Assembly (NCBI GenBank): GCA_963796455.1
Contig: CAWCLO010000004.1
Location: forward strand, 576,001-640,000
Origin: Candidatus Sulfomarinibacteraceae bacterium
Lineage (GTDB): Bacteria; Acidobacteriota; Thermoanaerobaculia; Thermoanaerobaculales; Sulfomarinibacteraceae
Reading direction: 5' to 3'
DNA: 64,000 bases
Of this stretch, positions 30,260 through 41,110 are shown piece by piece; within the stretch, counting starts at the first letter, position 1, and the number at the start of each line of letters is the position of its first letter. A program made the position numbers and the translations under genes. The notes under the pieces were generated by a model that was given only the letters and a program-made list of their open reading frames with translations, was not told the DNA's origin and ran no database searches.

Positions 30260-30649
30260 CTAGCCCTCGGTCAAGAAGCCGTTCTTTGCTGCGGCTTTGT
30301 GCGCGCCTTCGATCCACACCGTGTTCAGTTGCTGTACAACGAAGCTGCCCGAATACTGCTCCTTGAAGTAAATGTGAGCCTCCGGTGCAAAGGTATTCGT
30401 TCGGACATCCCGGATGATCCACTTGTATACGTATATCTGACGTTTGTGCAGCGGATCCCGTGACAGCACATAAGGTGTGCCGAGAAGGTCGATCACCTCG
30501 GCTTGCGTTTTGCCGACGACCAACTCCTGCAGGTATTTCTTTGTGTAGAACCGATTGCCGGGCGAGGAGGGGGCCGCAATATTGATGCTATGCGCCAGCG
30601 CCAACCCGAACACCAAAAGGAATCCGAAGAATGCATACCATCCGGGCAT
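30260..30649 (-). CDS. Small exported protein, SmpA/BamE-like
   Basis: Hydrophobic N-terminus; LVVGKTQAEVIDLLGTP...YVY. Confidence 0.5.
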   Translation of the reverse strand: MPGWYAFFGFLLVFGLALAHSINIAAPSSPGNRFYTKKYLQELVVGKTQAEVIDLLGTPYVLSRDPLHKRQIYVYKWIIRDVRTNTFAPEAHIYFKEQYSGSFVVQQLNTVWIEGAHKAAAKNGFLTEG

Positions 30650-30794
30650 CCTCGACAGAGGGCCCCGAGACCGGTGGCTGCCTACGAAGATTTCTGAGAC
30701 CATGTAATGCATATCGGCGAAGTTAATCGTATCAACTGGGCTGAATCAACTTCGTGAGGCTGATCACACGGGCATCAATTGAGTCGAGACGAAG

Positions 30795-30825
30795 AAAAGG
30801 GTTGCCACCCGGGAGGGTGGCAACC
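30795..30825 (-). terminator. Intrinsic terminator
   Basis: GGTTGCCACCC-N4-GGGTGGCAACC hairpin with U-tract on the minus strand, just after the 30839 stop. Confidence 0.75.
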
Positions 30826-30838
30826 ATGAGATCACTAT

Positions 30839-31993
30839 CTATTGCCACTCGCCGGTGTCGCCTTCCTCGAAACCGTCCTGGAAGATCCCAACGTTAAACA
30901 CGGCAAGAGTATCTTCAACGCAACCCACGTACAGTGAACTGCTGGTTGGATCGAGAGCCAGGGAGTACGGCCCGTCCAACCCGGTGACGCCGTCGGCTCC
31001 ATTTGTTGCCGTGTAGTCGAGGGTGAGTTCGCCGGTGTTGAGATTCCTGTCGAACACGGACAGTGTGTCCCCGGTCTCGCTCACCGCATAGATCCGCTTT
31101 CCGGTGCGATCGATGGCAAGTTTCCGGGAAAAGGTGAGAAAGTGATCTTCGACGTAAGTCAGGAGACCGGTCCCGGCATCACGGGAAAAAACCCCGACAT
31201 AGGATCCGCTTGTGTAGATGTGATTTCCAGCGGGGTCGCCGGTCACATTGTAGAGACCGAATAGACCGCTCACTCCGTCGACTCCTTCCACCACTTGGCC
31301 GAGCCAGGTCAGAGCACCTGTGGAGGAGTCGCGGGAAAAGATCGCGATCGCGTCATCGTCGGCGCCGGCGACATAGACGTGGCCGCCATCGGGGGCCACG
31401 AAGACGCCCCGGGGGTTGGCGATTCCGTCGACCCCGTCCACTCCATCGAAGTGCACCTCGACAAAAGTCAGCACACCGGTTGTCGGTTCGCGAGAAAAGA
31501 CCGCCAGCCCGTCATCGTTGGCGCCGCCCGCATAAACGTGTTTCCCGTCGGCGCTGATGGCAATTGCAACCGTCAATTCGAGGCCGTCGATGTTGCCGGA
31601 ACCATCGATGTACTCGTCCACGTAGGTGAGCGCACCGGTTCCCAGGTGGCGGGAGTAAACCACAATTGAGTCGTCGTATCCGGTTGATATGTAGAGGTGG
31701 GTGTTGTCGGGTGAAAGGACCGCGTCCCCGACATAGCCGACATCCGCCAGGGTATCGACCCAGGTCAGGGCGCCGGTGGAGGGGTCGCGGCTCAGGGTCG
31801 TGACAGCGCCGGTCCACACGCCGGCAATGACAAACCCCCCGTTCGAGGAGGTCAGGACCGCCCTCACGTCCGGATAATACGTCGCATCTTCGTGGTGCTC
31901 GAGAAAGGACACGAACCCGCCGGCCCACACACCGCCGGAAATGAGACATAGCGCGAAAAGTACCAACAGGAAAGTTGTTCTCTTGGGTTCCAC
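30839..31993 (-). CDS. Secreted lactonase-family beta-propeller with C-terminal IFQDGFEEGDTGEW
   Basis: Repeats S.DG.HVY....DD.IAVFSRD..TGALT; GGAGGAG RBS. Confidence 0.85.
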   Translation of the reverse strand: MEPKRTTFLLVLFALCLISGGVWAGGFVSFLEHHEDATYYPDVRAVLTSSNGGFVIAGVWTGAVTTLSRDPSTGALTWVDTLADVGYVGDAVLSPDNTHLYISTGYDDSIVVYSRHLGTGALTYVDEYIDGSGNIDGLELTVAIAISADGKHVYAGGANDDGLAVFSREPTTGVLTFVEVHFDGVDGVDGIANPRGVFVAPDGGHVYVAGADDDAIAIFSRDSSTGALTWLGQVVEGVDGVSGLFGLYNVTGDPAGNHIYTSGSYVGVFSRDAGTGLLTYVEDHFLTFSRKLAIDRTGKRIYAVSETGDTLSVFDRNLNTGELTLDYTATNGADGVTGLDGPYSLALDPTSSSLYVGCVEDTLAVFNVGIFQDGFEEGDTGEWQ

Positions 31994-32123
31994 GTGCTCC
32001 TCCATTGAAAAAATGTGGTGTATTCGAACTTACACTCCAGCGTACCATGGGGCACTTTTGAGGGTGCCCCCCGCCCATGCAACTCAGAGCGCGCGAAACC
32101 GTACCTGGAGTGACGGGGGTTGT

Positions 32124-33029
32124 TTGCCGGTTCGCTCGAGTTCGGTAGGTGTTCTTGGATGCGGCCTGCTGGCGTTGTTGGTCGTGTCTGCATCCGGTTT
32201 CGGGTGTGAGTCTTCGGCCAACAGCTGCGATGGGGTGATCGTATTCTCGTCGTCACACGAGGAAAATCCGGAGATCTACCTCATGCATGTGGACGGCTCA
32301 GGGCTCATCCGTCTCACCGACAGGGATCTGAGGGACGGGTACCCGGCATGTTCGCCGGATGGTCAGAAGATCGCGTTCTACGCCTACGAGAATTCAACGA
32401 CCCGGTCGATCAACGTGATGGACATCGACGGTGGGAATCGGACGCGGTTGACCCACGAAACGGGCGCCGGGGATGCTTCGCCCACATGGTCGCCCGATGG
32501 ACGGTCAATAGCCTTTACCCGAAGGCAAAACGATGAGCTCGAACTCTGGGTGATGCATGCAGACGGCAACAACCAACAACCGCTCGGGGATCTCGACGGC
32601 TTCGCCCCGCAGTGGTCCCCTGACGGATCTTTTCTTGCCTTTGCGACCTATCCTCGAGGGGACGTTTTCGTCGCCAATGCCGATGGGACCTCGCCTCGTA
32701 ATTTGACCAATAACCAAATGGAAGACATGTGGCCCTCGTGGTCGCCGGACGGCTCGCAGATCATCTACATGTCCGGGGAACCGAAACACCACCAGATCTG
32801 GGTGATGAATGCCGATGGTACCGGCTCCAGGCGGCTCACTTTCAATCAGTTTGATGACTGGCGACCGAAATGGTCACCGGACGGTTCGAAGATCATCTTC
32901 AATTCGTTTCGGGACGACACCGTCGGTTTGTATCTGATGAAACCTGACGGATCCGGGGAGCGAAGCCTGACACCGTTCTCCGACCACGCGATGCAGGCGT
33001 CCTGGTGTCCTTCAGCAGAGTCCCGCTGA
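32124..33029 (+). CDS. TolB-like PD40-repeat beta-propeller, possible lipoprotein
   Basis: Repeated P.WSPDG..I.F and IWVMNADG..RRLT; start uncertain. Confidence 0.85.
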   Translation: MPVRSSSVGVLGCGLLALLVVSASGFGCESSANSCDGVIVFSSSHEENPEIYLMHVDGSGLIRLTDRDLRDGYPACSPDGQKIAFYAYENSTTRSINVMDIDGGNRTRLTHETGAGDASPTWSPDGRSIAFTRRQNDELELWVMHADGNNQQPLGDLDGFAPQWSPDGSFLAFATYPRGDVFVANADGTSPRNLTNNQMEDMWPSWSPDGSQIIYMSGEPKHHQIWVMNADGTGSRRLTFNQFDDWRPKWSPDGSKIIFNSFRDDTVGLYLMKPDGSGERSLTPFSDHAMQASWCPSAESR

Positions 33030-33072
33030 AGCGACCGCGCCTATCGGGAGCATCCTCGGATCGACGACGCTC

Positions 33073-35286
33073 CTATCGCTCTCCAGGATGATATTGGGCT
33101 TCGGTGTGGTCTTCGAGTTGCTCCGGATAGAAGTACACGTCGCGGAGATCGCCGGTGCAGTAGCGTTCAATCTGATCGTCAAAATGGGGTGAGTTCACAT
33201 CACCGCTCAGACCCCCTGCCGTGACGGCTTTCGCGCTGATTCTGTCGCCGAATTCGACGACTGCCACGAAACTGTTGCCGCCGGTCCCGTACAGCTTTTT
33301 GGAGCCGTTGTAGCGACGGGCGCCGTAAGACGCCAATGATCCCCACCGCCCCGATGTAAAGCCTACTGCACGGCTTGGTTGCTCGTCGTCGAACGGGTGA
33401 ACGATATCCGCGGAGATCCTCTGAAACCGGTTGATCTCGCCCCACGGAGTCCTCCAACTCCCAAAATCCTGAACGAGCCGATCGGATGCCACTGCGAGCG
33501 CCTCGAGCTTTTCGGCGCCGGTTGTTCGAGTCACCATGTAGTCGTAGATGGAGTCACCGGCGTCCGGGGCCGCGTTTCTCACCCGTTCCATGAGTTCCGT
33601 TCCCCAGAAGACGGCGAGTGAGGTGGCGACCGACGACTCGGCCCAGCGAAGGTCCCACTCCCGAAGCACCTCGATCTGATCCGCCAACGCCGCCTTGTGT
33701 GGATCGGACGCCGGCGCGTTTTCGTGCGCGGTCAACAGTGACGGAATCAACGGCTCGAAGGCGGTGAGATAGCTGTCGTACGCCGCATCGATGAGCGAGT
33801 CGACTGTGAAATCCGTCGTGTTTTCCAGCACTCGAATCGCGTGGACGCCCCTGGGGTTTTCCAGACCGGTGTCCATGTACGACGGGAAGTCATCCCGTTT
33901 TGGAGAGTATTCTCCCGCCACCGAGTAGGGCCAGTTGTTGGTGTTCTGGATCCAGCCGTTTGCCGGGTTCAGGGAACCGACGGTTTCCTCGAGGGTGTGG
34001 ATGCCCTGCCATTCCGTTTCAGGATCGCGCCCGTCGACCGGACGGTTCCAATCGAAATCAGTGTCGCGCCTTGGCACGAAATTCGAGTGAAAGTAGGCGA
34101 TGTTGCCTTCTGAGTCGGCAAACACCGTGTTGTTCGATGAATTGGTGTGGAGCTCCATGGTCCGTGCGAACTCTTCGTAGTTCCGGGCCTTGGTGCGGAT
34201 GTATGACTGGTTGAGAGCCTTGAGGGGCTCTTCCATCAGCCGCACGCTGATCCACTTGCCGTCGCTTGCTCGGACGACGGGCCCATGGTGGGTTTCAAAG
34301 ACCGTGAACCCCCGCTGACCCATGCCGCCTTCGGTTGCGAAGGGCACCATGACGGATCTGGTGAGAACCGGCCGTTCTTCTTCGCCATAAATATAGAAGT
34401 AACTGCCGTCGCGCTCCACGATCGTCTCGGCGTATTCGTCGATGTTGTCCACGTCGCTCGAGGTGTGCATCCAGCCTGCGGTCTCGTTGAAACCCTGGTA
34501 GACGAAGAACTGTCCCCACGTCACGGCCCCGTAGGCGTTCAAGCCCTCGTCGCTGACCACGTGGACCTCGGCTCGAAAGTAGAACGACGTGTGGGGATTA
34601 ATGAGGAGCAGGGCGTTGCCGTTCTTCGTATTCGTGGGAGCGATGGCGAACCCGTTCGATCCCGTCGGTTCAGGAAGAAATCCGGGGTCGCCGCCGGCCT
34701 GGCCGGCCACGCCAAGATGAGCGGCAACCTTCGGCAGAGCCAAGCCGGCCTCTTCTACGCCGTAGAAGGCCTCGAGTTCGTCGAGCGAGACCCGCTCGAT
34801 GTCTCCACCGATCGAACCCTCACTGAAGGTCAGGGCCATCCACGGCTCGAAACGGGTGATGACTCGCGGAGTCACTTCGGGGTGTAGGTGGAGGTAGTAG
34901 TTCAGCCCGTCCGCCCACGCATCCATCAGGGCCCGGAGCCACTGCGGGCTCTCCTCGTACATCGCCTGGATCTCCTCCGGGACGATAAAGAGCTTCATCC
35001 GGAGATCCCGGTAGATCTCCTCCTCTCCTTCGGCCTCTGCCAGTCGCCCCTGGGAGTTCAGAAAATTGACCTCGATTCGGTTGAAATCGTCCTCGGCCTG
35101 GGCGTAGATCAGACCGAAAACGGCGTCGGCATCGGTCTTCCCGTGGATGTGGGGGATTCCCCAGTCGTCGCGGACGATCGTGACGTTCTGGGCCCGTCGT
35201 TCCCAGCGGGCGACCTCGTGGTCCACGGGCGCCTGTGTGCTGCATGAAAGTGAGGCAATAACGAAAACGAGTAGGAATCTCTTCAT
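33073..35286 (-). CDS. Penicillin acylase-family Ntn-hydrolase (AHL-acylase-like), lipoprotein
   Basis: RDDWGIPHI, YAQAED, GSNGFAI (beta-chain Ser nucleophile), NPH; lipobox-like LSC. Confidence 0.92.
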   Translation of the reverse strand: MKRFLLVFVIASLSCSTQAPVDHEVARWERRAQNVTIVRDDWGIPHIHGKTDADAVFGLIYAQAEDDFNRIEVNFLNSQGRLAEAEGEEEIYRDLRMKLFIVPEEIQAMYEESPQWLRALMDAWADGLNYYLHLHPEVTPRVITRFEPWMALTFSEGSIGGDIERVSLDELEAFYGVEEAGLALPKVAAHLGVAGQAGGDPGFLPEPTGSNGFAIAPTNTKNGNALLLINPHTSFYFRAEVHVVSDEGLNAYGAVTWGQFFVYQGFNETAGWMHTSSDVDNIDEYAETIVERDGSYFYIYGEEERPVLTRSVMVPFATEGGMGQRGFTVFETHHGPVVRASDGKWISVRLMEEPLKALNQSYIRTKARNYEEFARTMELHTNSSNNTVFADSEGNIAYFHSNFVPRRDTDFDWNRPVDGRDPETEWQGIHTLEETVGSLNPANGWIQNTNNWPYSVAGEYSPKRDDFPSYMDTGLENPRGVHAIRVLENTTDFTVDSLIDAAYDSYLTAFEPLIPSLLTAHENAPASDPHKAALADQIEVLREWDLRWAESSVATSLAVFWGTELMERVRNAAPDAGDSIYDYMVTRTTGAEKLEALAVASDRLVQDFGSWRTPWGEINRFQRISADIVHPFDDEQPSRAVGFTSGRWGSLASYGARRYNGSKKLYGTGGNSFVAVVEFGDRISAKAVTAGGLSGDVNSPHFDDQIERYCTGDLRDVYFYPEQLEDHTEAQYHPGER

Positions 35287-35577
35287 CAGCTCTCCATCGA
35301 TGCATTTTCGAGGTCGGCACATCCGGGCGAGTCCGGGTTCGCGGTCTGGTCCGGCCCGAACCAATTCGAATGGCCGCGTCATGGTACTCCATCATCGGTG
35401 CCCTGTTGACCGCCCGGTGACCGGGGCCGGGGTGCCAACAATGGTCTCTGCATCGCGATAACGTGGAATGAACGGCACTTATGATCCAGATTGAATTCGG
35501 ATCGGTGCCACATACCGTTTGAACCCACTGTGTCGTCGGAGTGGGATCGGCGGCTCCCTTGAGCACCTATGGAACGT

Positions 35578-36060
35578 CTAAGACCCGACCTCGGTGACGC
35601 GCGCTGCCATCTCGGCCTTGAGGAAACGCTGATGATCGAGTTCTTCCTCGGCGAGTTCCTCGAGGATTTCGACGGCCTTGGCATCAGATATGTAGCCGAT
35701 GGCCTGGCGAAAGTAGGCCTCCGCGCGTTCCTCGGCGCCAAGGGCCAAACGATATGCCTGTTCGAGGGTAAATGATGGACCGACCTGATCGAAGTCCGGC
35801 ATTTCCACCTCCCACGGAGCGGCGTCCGTGTATCGAGAAGGACGATCCCCGAACAGCTCTCGCCGACGATCCTCGATCCGACTGTCGTGCTGGCCCTCGA
35901 GATAGGCCATTCGGTTGAAAAAATCCGCAGCATCGGGACTGTTGGATTCCGCCCAGGAAGCCAGCTGCTGGTATGTCTCCGCGGCCTCTTTTTCGAAGAA
36001 GCCCGCCAGATCCAGAACATCCATTGCATCGAGCTTGGAAAAATCGAATTGAATACCCAT
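35578..36060 (-). CDS. Ferritin-like/rubrerythrin-family protein
   Basis: E...Y...EGQH and E...Y...EELDH di-iron pattern; AGGAG RBS. Confidence 0.85.
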   Translation of the reverse strand: MGIQFDFSKLDAMDVLDLAGFFEKEAAETYQQLASWAESNSPDAADFFNRMAYLEGQHDSRIEDRRRELFGDRPSRYTDAAPWEVEMPDFDQVGPSFTLEQAYRLALGAEERAEAYFRQAIGYISDAKAVEILEELAEEELDHQRFLKAEMAARVTEVGS

Positions 36061-36388
36061 TATGAACTCCTGTGGAGCACAACGCGCAAAGCCGTGTCAG
36101 TAATCCAACAGGTGCGAAAGGTGCCGCTGATCAAGATCTGACAAGGGACACGATCGCTTACAGGCGTTGTTGGGTTGTGAGGAAGGCCGCCCATGCCCAA
36201 ACGAATTTTTGTGGGCGACAAATGTGTAAATGTTTGCGTGCCACCCGTGTGGCACACATGCGTGAGCGTCTGTAGAACTCGAGATGATCCCCGCAACAAA
36301 AGGAAACCCGACCGCGTAGGTCTCAATGCGGGGTCGAGTTCCCGAAGGTTCAGTCGGAGGGGCCCGCAAGCGGAAGGGGGATCGCATC

Positions 36389-37432
36389 GTGAATTGGAAA
36401 TCTGTTCTTGCTTCGGCGGGATTTGTGCTGACCCTCATGGCCTGCGGTCAGGACGACCAGAGCCTGTCGTCATTCGCCGCCTTGACCGGCCCTTACCTCG
36501 GGCAGGCCCCGCCGGGCATGACCCCAGAAATGTTTGCCCCGGATCTGCTTTCAGCTGGCGGCAATGAGACCAGCATTTCGTTCTCACCGGACGGACTGTC
36601 GTTCTGCTACACGCTCCTTTCTCGCGGCGATCGGTTGCTTGCGGATCCGAAAGGGCCATTCAAGACGATCTTCATGATGCATTCTCGCGAAGAGGGGGAT
36701 AGTTGGGCCGAGCCCAGGGAGCTTCCTTTCGCGCTGCATCGAATCGCGAGGTATCCGAGCTTCAGCCCAGACGGATCGAGGCTGTTTTTCAATGCGCGGC
36801 CTGGAGGAGTCGATGCCGTCGATACGATGGCCACCGATATCTGGTTCGTCGAAGCACTCGACGACGGTTGGTCCGAGCCGCAGCAGATAATCTTCGGGCC
36901 AGAGTTCACGGGAAAACGAATCGGTGTCTATCCCACCGCTGCGGCCAATGGCAATCTGTACTTCGCGATCTTCGCCGACGGCCAGAACGGTGACCTCCAC
37001 GTGAGCCGGTACGAAAACGGAGCCTACTCGATCCCGGAGAGTCTCACCGATGCCCTGCAGAGTCACGGCAACCACCCGTACATTGCACCGGACGAAAGCT
37101 ACATTCTGTTCGACTGGGAGCTCGAGGGCGAGCATTACGGAGAAAACGACGTCTTGATCAGTTTCCGCGACGGTAGCGGGGACTGGATGCCGGCGCAAAA
37201 CCTCGGTGCCCGGGTGAATACGGTTTACCACGATTGGCGGCCCTTCGTGTCGTTCGACGGGAAATATCTCTTCTTCTCCAGCAATCGGATCGTGAACACC
37301 GAGGTCCCGGGCGGATCCGTTTCGCTTGCCGAGCTTCGGGAGCTGACCAACGTCCCCGCCGACGGATTCCAGCACCTCTACTGGGTTGACGCCAAAGTCA
37401 TCGAGGAGTTGAGGCAGGGGGGCCAGGAGTAG
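36389..37432 (+). CDS. PD40 beta-propeller lipoprotein
   Basis: LMAC lipobox; GPYLGQ.PPG..PE.FAP, FSPDG, PYIAPDESY, DGKYLFFSS. Confidence 0.85.
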   Translation: MNWKSVLASAGFVLTLMACGQDDQSLSSFAALTGPYLGQAPPGMTPEMFAPDLLSAGGNETSISFSPDGLSFCYTLLSRGDRLLADPKGPFKTIFMMHSREEGDSWAEPRELPFALHRIARYPSFSPDGSRLFFNARPGGVDAVDTMATDIWFVEALDDGWSEPQQIIFGPEFTGKRIGVYPTAAANGNLYFAIFADGQNGDLHVSRYENGAYSIPESLTDALQSHGNHPYIAPDESYILFDWELEGEHYGENDVLISFRDGSGDWMPAQNLGARVNTVYHDWRPFVSFDGKYLFFSSNRIVNTEVPGGSVSLAELRELTNVPADGFQHLYWVDAKVIEELRQGGQE

Positions 37433-37536
37433 TAGCTATCGGTGACTCTTGTCCAAAACGGCATTTCGGACAGCTCGAGTTCAAATTCAGAATCGACCCA
37501 GCCGAAGCGGGTCTGAAGGTGGGCCTTGGCCCACCT

Positions 37537-38298
37537 TCAGAGCTGACCCGCGACAAAAAATCCGTAGCTGAAGGAATCGTTGAATCGACGGAACATCGAG
37601 ATTTCCTCTTCGGCCGCTGCTGCGATTTCCCGCGCAATTCCATCCCCCGGATTCTCTTCGAGGAACTCGGGGATCCTCGCCTCCATGGGGCCGTAGTAGT
37701 CGGTCCACCAGGCTTCGGCGGGCAGAATGAAGGAATCGATGACACGATATCCGGCATCGAGAATTGCCTGTCGAACTCCGATCTCGTCGGTTATCGCCGG
37801 GTATTCGCGCAACCACCAGTTTTTGATCTCTTCGTCAGGATCGTTCCGGAGCCAGACGGGTTCGGTCAAGGCGACACAACCGCCAGCTGTCAGATACGGC
37901 CGCCACGTTTTGAGTGCCGCCGTCACGCCGAGAAAATATACGGCTCCTTCGCACCAGATCAGATCCTGGCTGCCATGGGCAACCGGGGGCGCGGCCATGT
38001 CAGCGACGGTCGCGAGGATCCGGGCAGAGACTCCGGCATTGCGGCTCCGGCGGGCGGTCTCTTGGACCATCGACGGGAGGACATCAACAGCGACGATCAT
38101 CGAGTCGGGGAGTGCGCCGGCGAGGGACAGAGTCTGAGCGCCCGGACCGCAACCGAGATCGAGGACGCTGTTCCGAGGGCCGTTCGGCAGGGCGCGAAGT
38201 GCTGCCAATGTGGCTTCGTTGCTGCCCGGTGCTGCCCGCGGCAGAACGCCGTACAACGCGAGGAATCGCTCGAACACATCAGGGTTTGAAGAATCCAC
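37537..38298 (-). CDS. Class I SAM-dependent methyltransferase
   Basis: VLDLGCGPG, DLIWCEGA. Confidence 0.9.
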   Translation of the reverse strand: MDSSNPDVFERFLALYGVLPRAAPGSNEATLAALRALPNGPRNSVLDLGCGPGAQTLSLAGALPDSMIVAVDVLPSMVQETARRSRNAGVSARILATVADMAAPPVAHGSQDLIWCEGAVYFLGVTAALKTWRPYLTAGGCVALTEPVWLRNDPDEEIKNWWLREYPAITDEIGVRQAILDAGYRVIDSFILPAEAWWTDYYGPMEARIPEFLEENPGDGIAREIAAAAEEEISMFRRFNDSFSYGFFVAGQL

Positions 38299-38392
38299 GT
38301 GGGCTACGGTAACAAAGATCTCCTGGGTGGCGAGTGTGCAAAATCATCAGTTGCCCCGAGGGGTCCGTCCCGATTCCGAGCAATTGATCTCC

Positions 38393-39532
38393 TCATGGGC
38401 ACGTCGCAAACGCAGCGGTGTCCGTCACGGCATCCGCCGATTGACCAAGAGGGTTGAAATAGGTCACCTGTTCGTCGGTCAGCGTGTCGGTGACCGTGAC
38501 GGTGAATTCTTGATTGGTGGTCGCCGCAAAGAACACCCAGTACCGATTGTTGACCGGGCACCCGTTGAGGATCTTGACCAGAAACTCCCAGTTGTTCGGG
38601 TTTGTGTAATAGAACAGGCCTGAATCGACGGTGTCCGGATCGGCGCAGAATGCGTCCCCGGTCGTCCCGTTGTTGAGACGATAGTTGATTTCCACTTCGA
38701 ACCTGTTTTCCCGCAAACACATCGTCGTGGGGCTCGGTATGCATGTGCCGGCCGCTGTTTGTTTCGTGATGTAGAGGTCGTCGATGTAGGCGCCTTCTTT
38801 CACTATCGAACCATCACTTAAGAATGAAAAGGCCAAATAAACAGTGCTCTGACCCGTGACGTCACCAAGTCCAGGGACATCAGTGAAGTCGATATCACGA
38901 CGTTCCCAGCCGTTCGATGTCCCGCCTTCCTGGGCACCGTACCAGTTATCCAGATCAGTCGACACTAACCAACTGATGTAGTCGTAACTGCGTTCTTCGA
39001 TGTCATACCACATGTTGAAGCTGATCGATCCGCCCACCGCGTCGCTCAGGTCGATCGGGCCGTAGACGATGATGCTAATTGTGTCGTTTGCGTACGGCCC
39101 GCCAGGCGGTTCGGCGTTGACACCGGAAGCAACACACCACGCGCTCCAATTTCCGCTATGGCTTCGATACGAGCTATCGCCCCATGAGACTCCGCCCGCA
39201 GTCGAAAAAAACCAAGATTCGTCGCCCCAATCTTCACTTTCGAAGTCCTCATCCAATACAACTACCGTGGCTTTCTCGGTAGGGGTCTCCATTCCGAAAC
39301 CGGTGTCGCGAGGGAGAACGATGTCAGTCATTTTCGGAAATCTCTCGTCGGCACCCACAGGTAATTTGGCTGCAAGTTCCGGCGTTGAAAAATGGACGTA
39401 TTCCTGAATGGAGGATTTTGGCCCCGTCGTATCCTGTGCGTCTGTTGGCAGAGCGCTCCACAGAACAACGAAAGCGATCAGCACGGTACCGGCTAGAAAA
39501 CGATTTGGCCTGTTCTCTCGTGACAACTTCAT
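38393..39532 (-). CDS. Secreted protein with jelly-roll/MAM-like domain plus Cys-bounded C-terminal domain
   Basis: Signal peptide; EDFE...SHSG..SAW...GAYIDD; CIPSPTTMCL...RF...LVKILNGC..N...WVF.AATTN...AFATCP. Confidence 0.75.
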   Translation of the reverse strand: MKLSRENRPNRFLAGTVLIAFVVLWSALPTDAQDTTGPKSSIQEYVHFSTPELAAKLPVGADERFPKMTDIVLPRDTGFGMETPTEKATVVVLDEDFESEDWGDESWFFSTAGGVSWGDSSYRSHSGNWSAWCVASGVNAEPPGGPYANDTISIIVYGPIDLSDAVGGSISFNMWYDIEERSYDYISWLVSTDLDNWYGAQEGGTSNGWERRDIDFTDVPGLGDVTGQSTVYLAFSFLSDGSIVKEGAYIDDLYITKQTAAGTCIPSPTTMCLRENRFEVEINYRLNNGTTGDAFCADPDTVDSGLFYYTNPNNWEFLVKILNGCPVNNRYWVFFAATTNQEFTVTVTDTLTDEQVTYFNPLGQSADAVTDTAAFATCP

Positions 39533-39879
39533 CTCGTCCTCCTTTTTGGGCGCAGTTTTCCCTCAATCGGGTCTCGGCGAACCACTCGCCGGGAACTCTC
39601 GCTTTCATGAAATTGGCCTTGTTGAAAAGATGTGTCGCAACACGGTCCGCGTCAACCTGGAAAGGTGATGAAAATGTGGGTGCCGCACATTCGATAGTCA
39701 GGGTGGCACCCGTGACACCCATCTGGCGGGATCCACCAAAACCGGCGGCGGAATAGGCTCCAGACCCCCCGTGTTGCAACAGGATCAGATCAAAAAAACC
39801 TGTCGCGCAAGGATGGTAGTTGGATGCCAGAGCTCCTCTTGCGCACGGATCGACTTCGACACCACAAAGGGGTGAAACA

Positions 39880-40959
39880 ATGACGTCTGAGAATTCGCGA
39901 AGCACCGAGGGTCGCGGCCGCCTCTACGACAGCGTTGTCGACACGATCGGCAACACGCCGTGTATCCGAATCAACCACCTGGCGCCGGATAGTGTCCGCG
40001 TCTACGTCAAGGCAGAGTTCTTCAATCCCGCCTCGTCGATCAAAGATCGTCTGGCGATCAGCATCATCGAGGAGGCCGAGCGCCGAGGCGACCTCAAGCC
40101 CGGCCAAACGGTGGTCGAGGCGACCAGCGGCAATACCGGTATCGGACTCGCCATGGTGTGTGCCGCGAAGGGATACCCACTCGTCGTCGCGATGGCCGAC
40201 AGCTTCTCGATCGAGCGGCGCCAGCTGATGCGAATGCTCGGTGCAAAGGTCGTGCTGACGCCGCGCGCCGCCAAGGCGGTCGGCCTTTACAAGAAGGCCC
40301 AGGAACTGGCGGATGCCCATGGCTGGTTCCTGGCACGGCAGTTCGAGACCGACGACAACGCAAAGGTGCACGAGAACACCACGGCGCGCGAAATTCTCGC
40401 AGATTTCTCCGGTGAGCGACTCGACTACTGGGTGACCGGCTACGGCACCGGAGGCACTGCAACCGGTGTCGCGAGGGTGCTGCGCAAGGAACGACCCGAA
40501 ACCAAGATCATCCTCAGCGAGCCCTCCGATGCGCAGCTCGTCGGCAGCGGCATCCCGCAGGAGCGCGGTGAACAGAACGCCCCATCTGTCGGCCACAGCG
40601 AGTGGAAGCCGCACCCGATCCAGGGCTGGGCACCGGACTTCATCCCGTATGTGTTGCAGGAGGCGATCGACAACGGGTATTACGACGAGCTGATTCCGGT
40701 AGGCGGACCTGAATCCATCGAGTGGGCCCGCAAGCTCGCCAACCAGGAAGGCATCTTTACCGGGATTTCCGGCGGCGCGACCTTTGCCGTCGCGATGCAG
40801 ATGGCCGAACAGGCTGAACCGGGCTCGGTGATCCTTTGCATGCTGCCTGACACCGGCGAGCGTTACCTGTCGACGCCCCTGTTCGACGGGATCCCGACGG
40901 AGATGACCGAGGAGGAGACGGCATTGTCCCTCTCGACCCCGGGCTTCCACATGGAGTAG
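39880..40959 (+). CDS. cysK: Cysteine synthase A (O-acetylserine sulfhydrylase)
   Basis: IGNTP, KAEFFNPASSIKDR (PLP Lys), EATSGNTG, GTGGT, HPIQGW, PDTGERYLS. Confidence 0.9.
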   Translation: MTSENSRSTEGRGRLYDSVVDTIGNTPCIRINHLAPDSVRVYVKAEFFNPASSIKDRLAISIIEEAERRGDLKPGQTVVEATSGNTGIGLAMVCAAKGYPLVVAMADSFSIERRQLMRMLGAKVVLTPRAAKAVGLYKKAQELADAHGWFLARQFETDDNAKVHENTTAREILADFSGERLDYWVTGYGTGGTATGVARVLRKERPETKIILSEPSDAQLVGSGIPQERGEQNAPSVGHSEWKPHPIQGWAPDFIPYVLQEAIDNGYYDELIPVGGPESIEWARKLANQEGIFTGISGGATFAVAMQMAEQAEPGSVILCMLPDTGERYLSTPLFDGIPTEMTEEETALSLSTPGFHME

Positions 40960-41110
40960 GGGAGCCCTTTCTTTGGGTGCCACTTAGGGGGCGCACCCGT
41001 GGAGTGCTGTTCCTTCGATGTGTAGCACCCTTCTGCGCTTGATTTCAGACCCTGTTACCGGGAAGATCATTTTGGAGATTCCGTCGACAGGGGCTGATTG
41101 GAGCTGAGAA

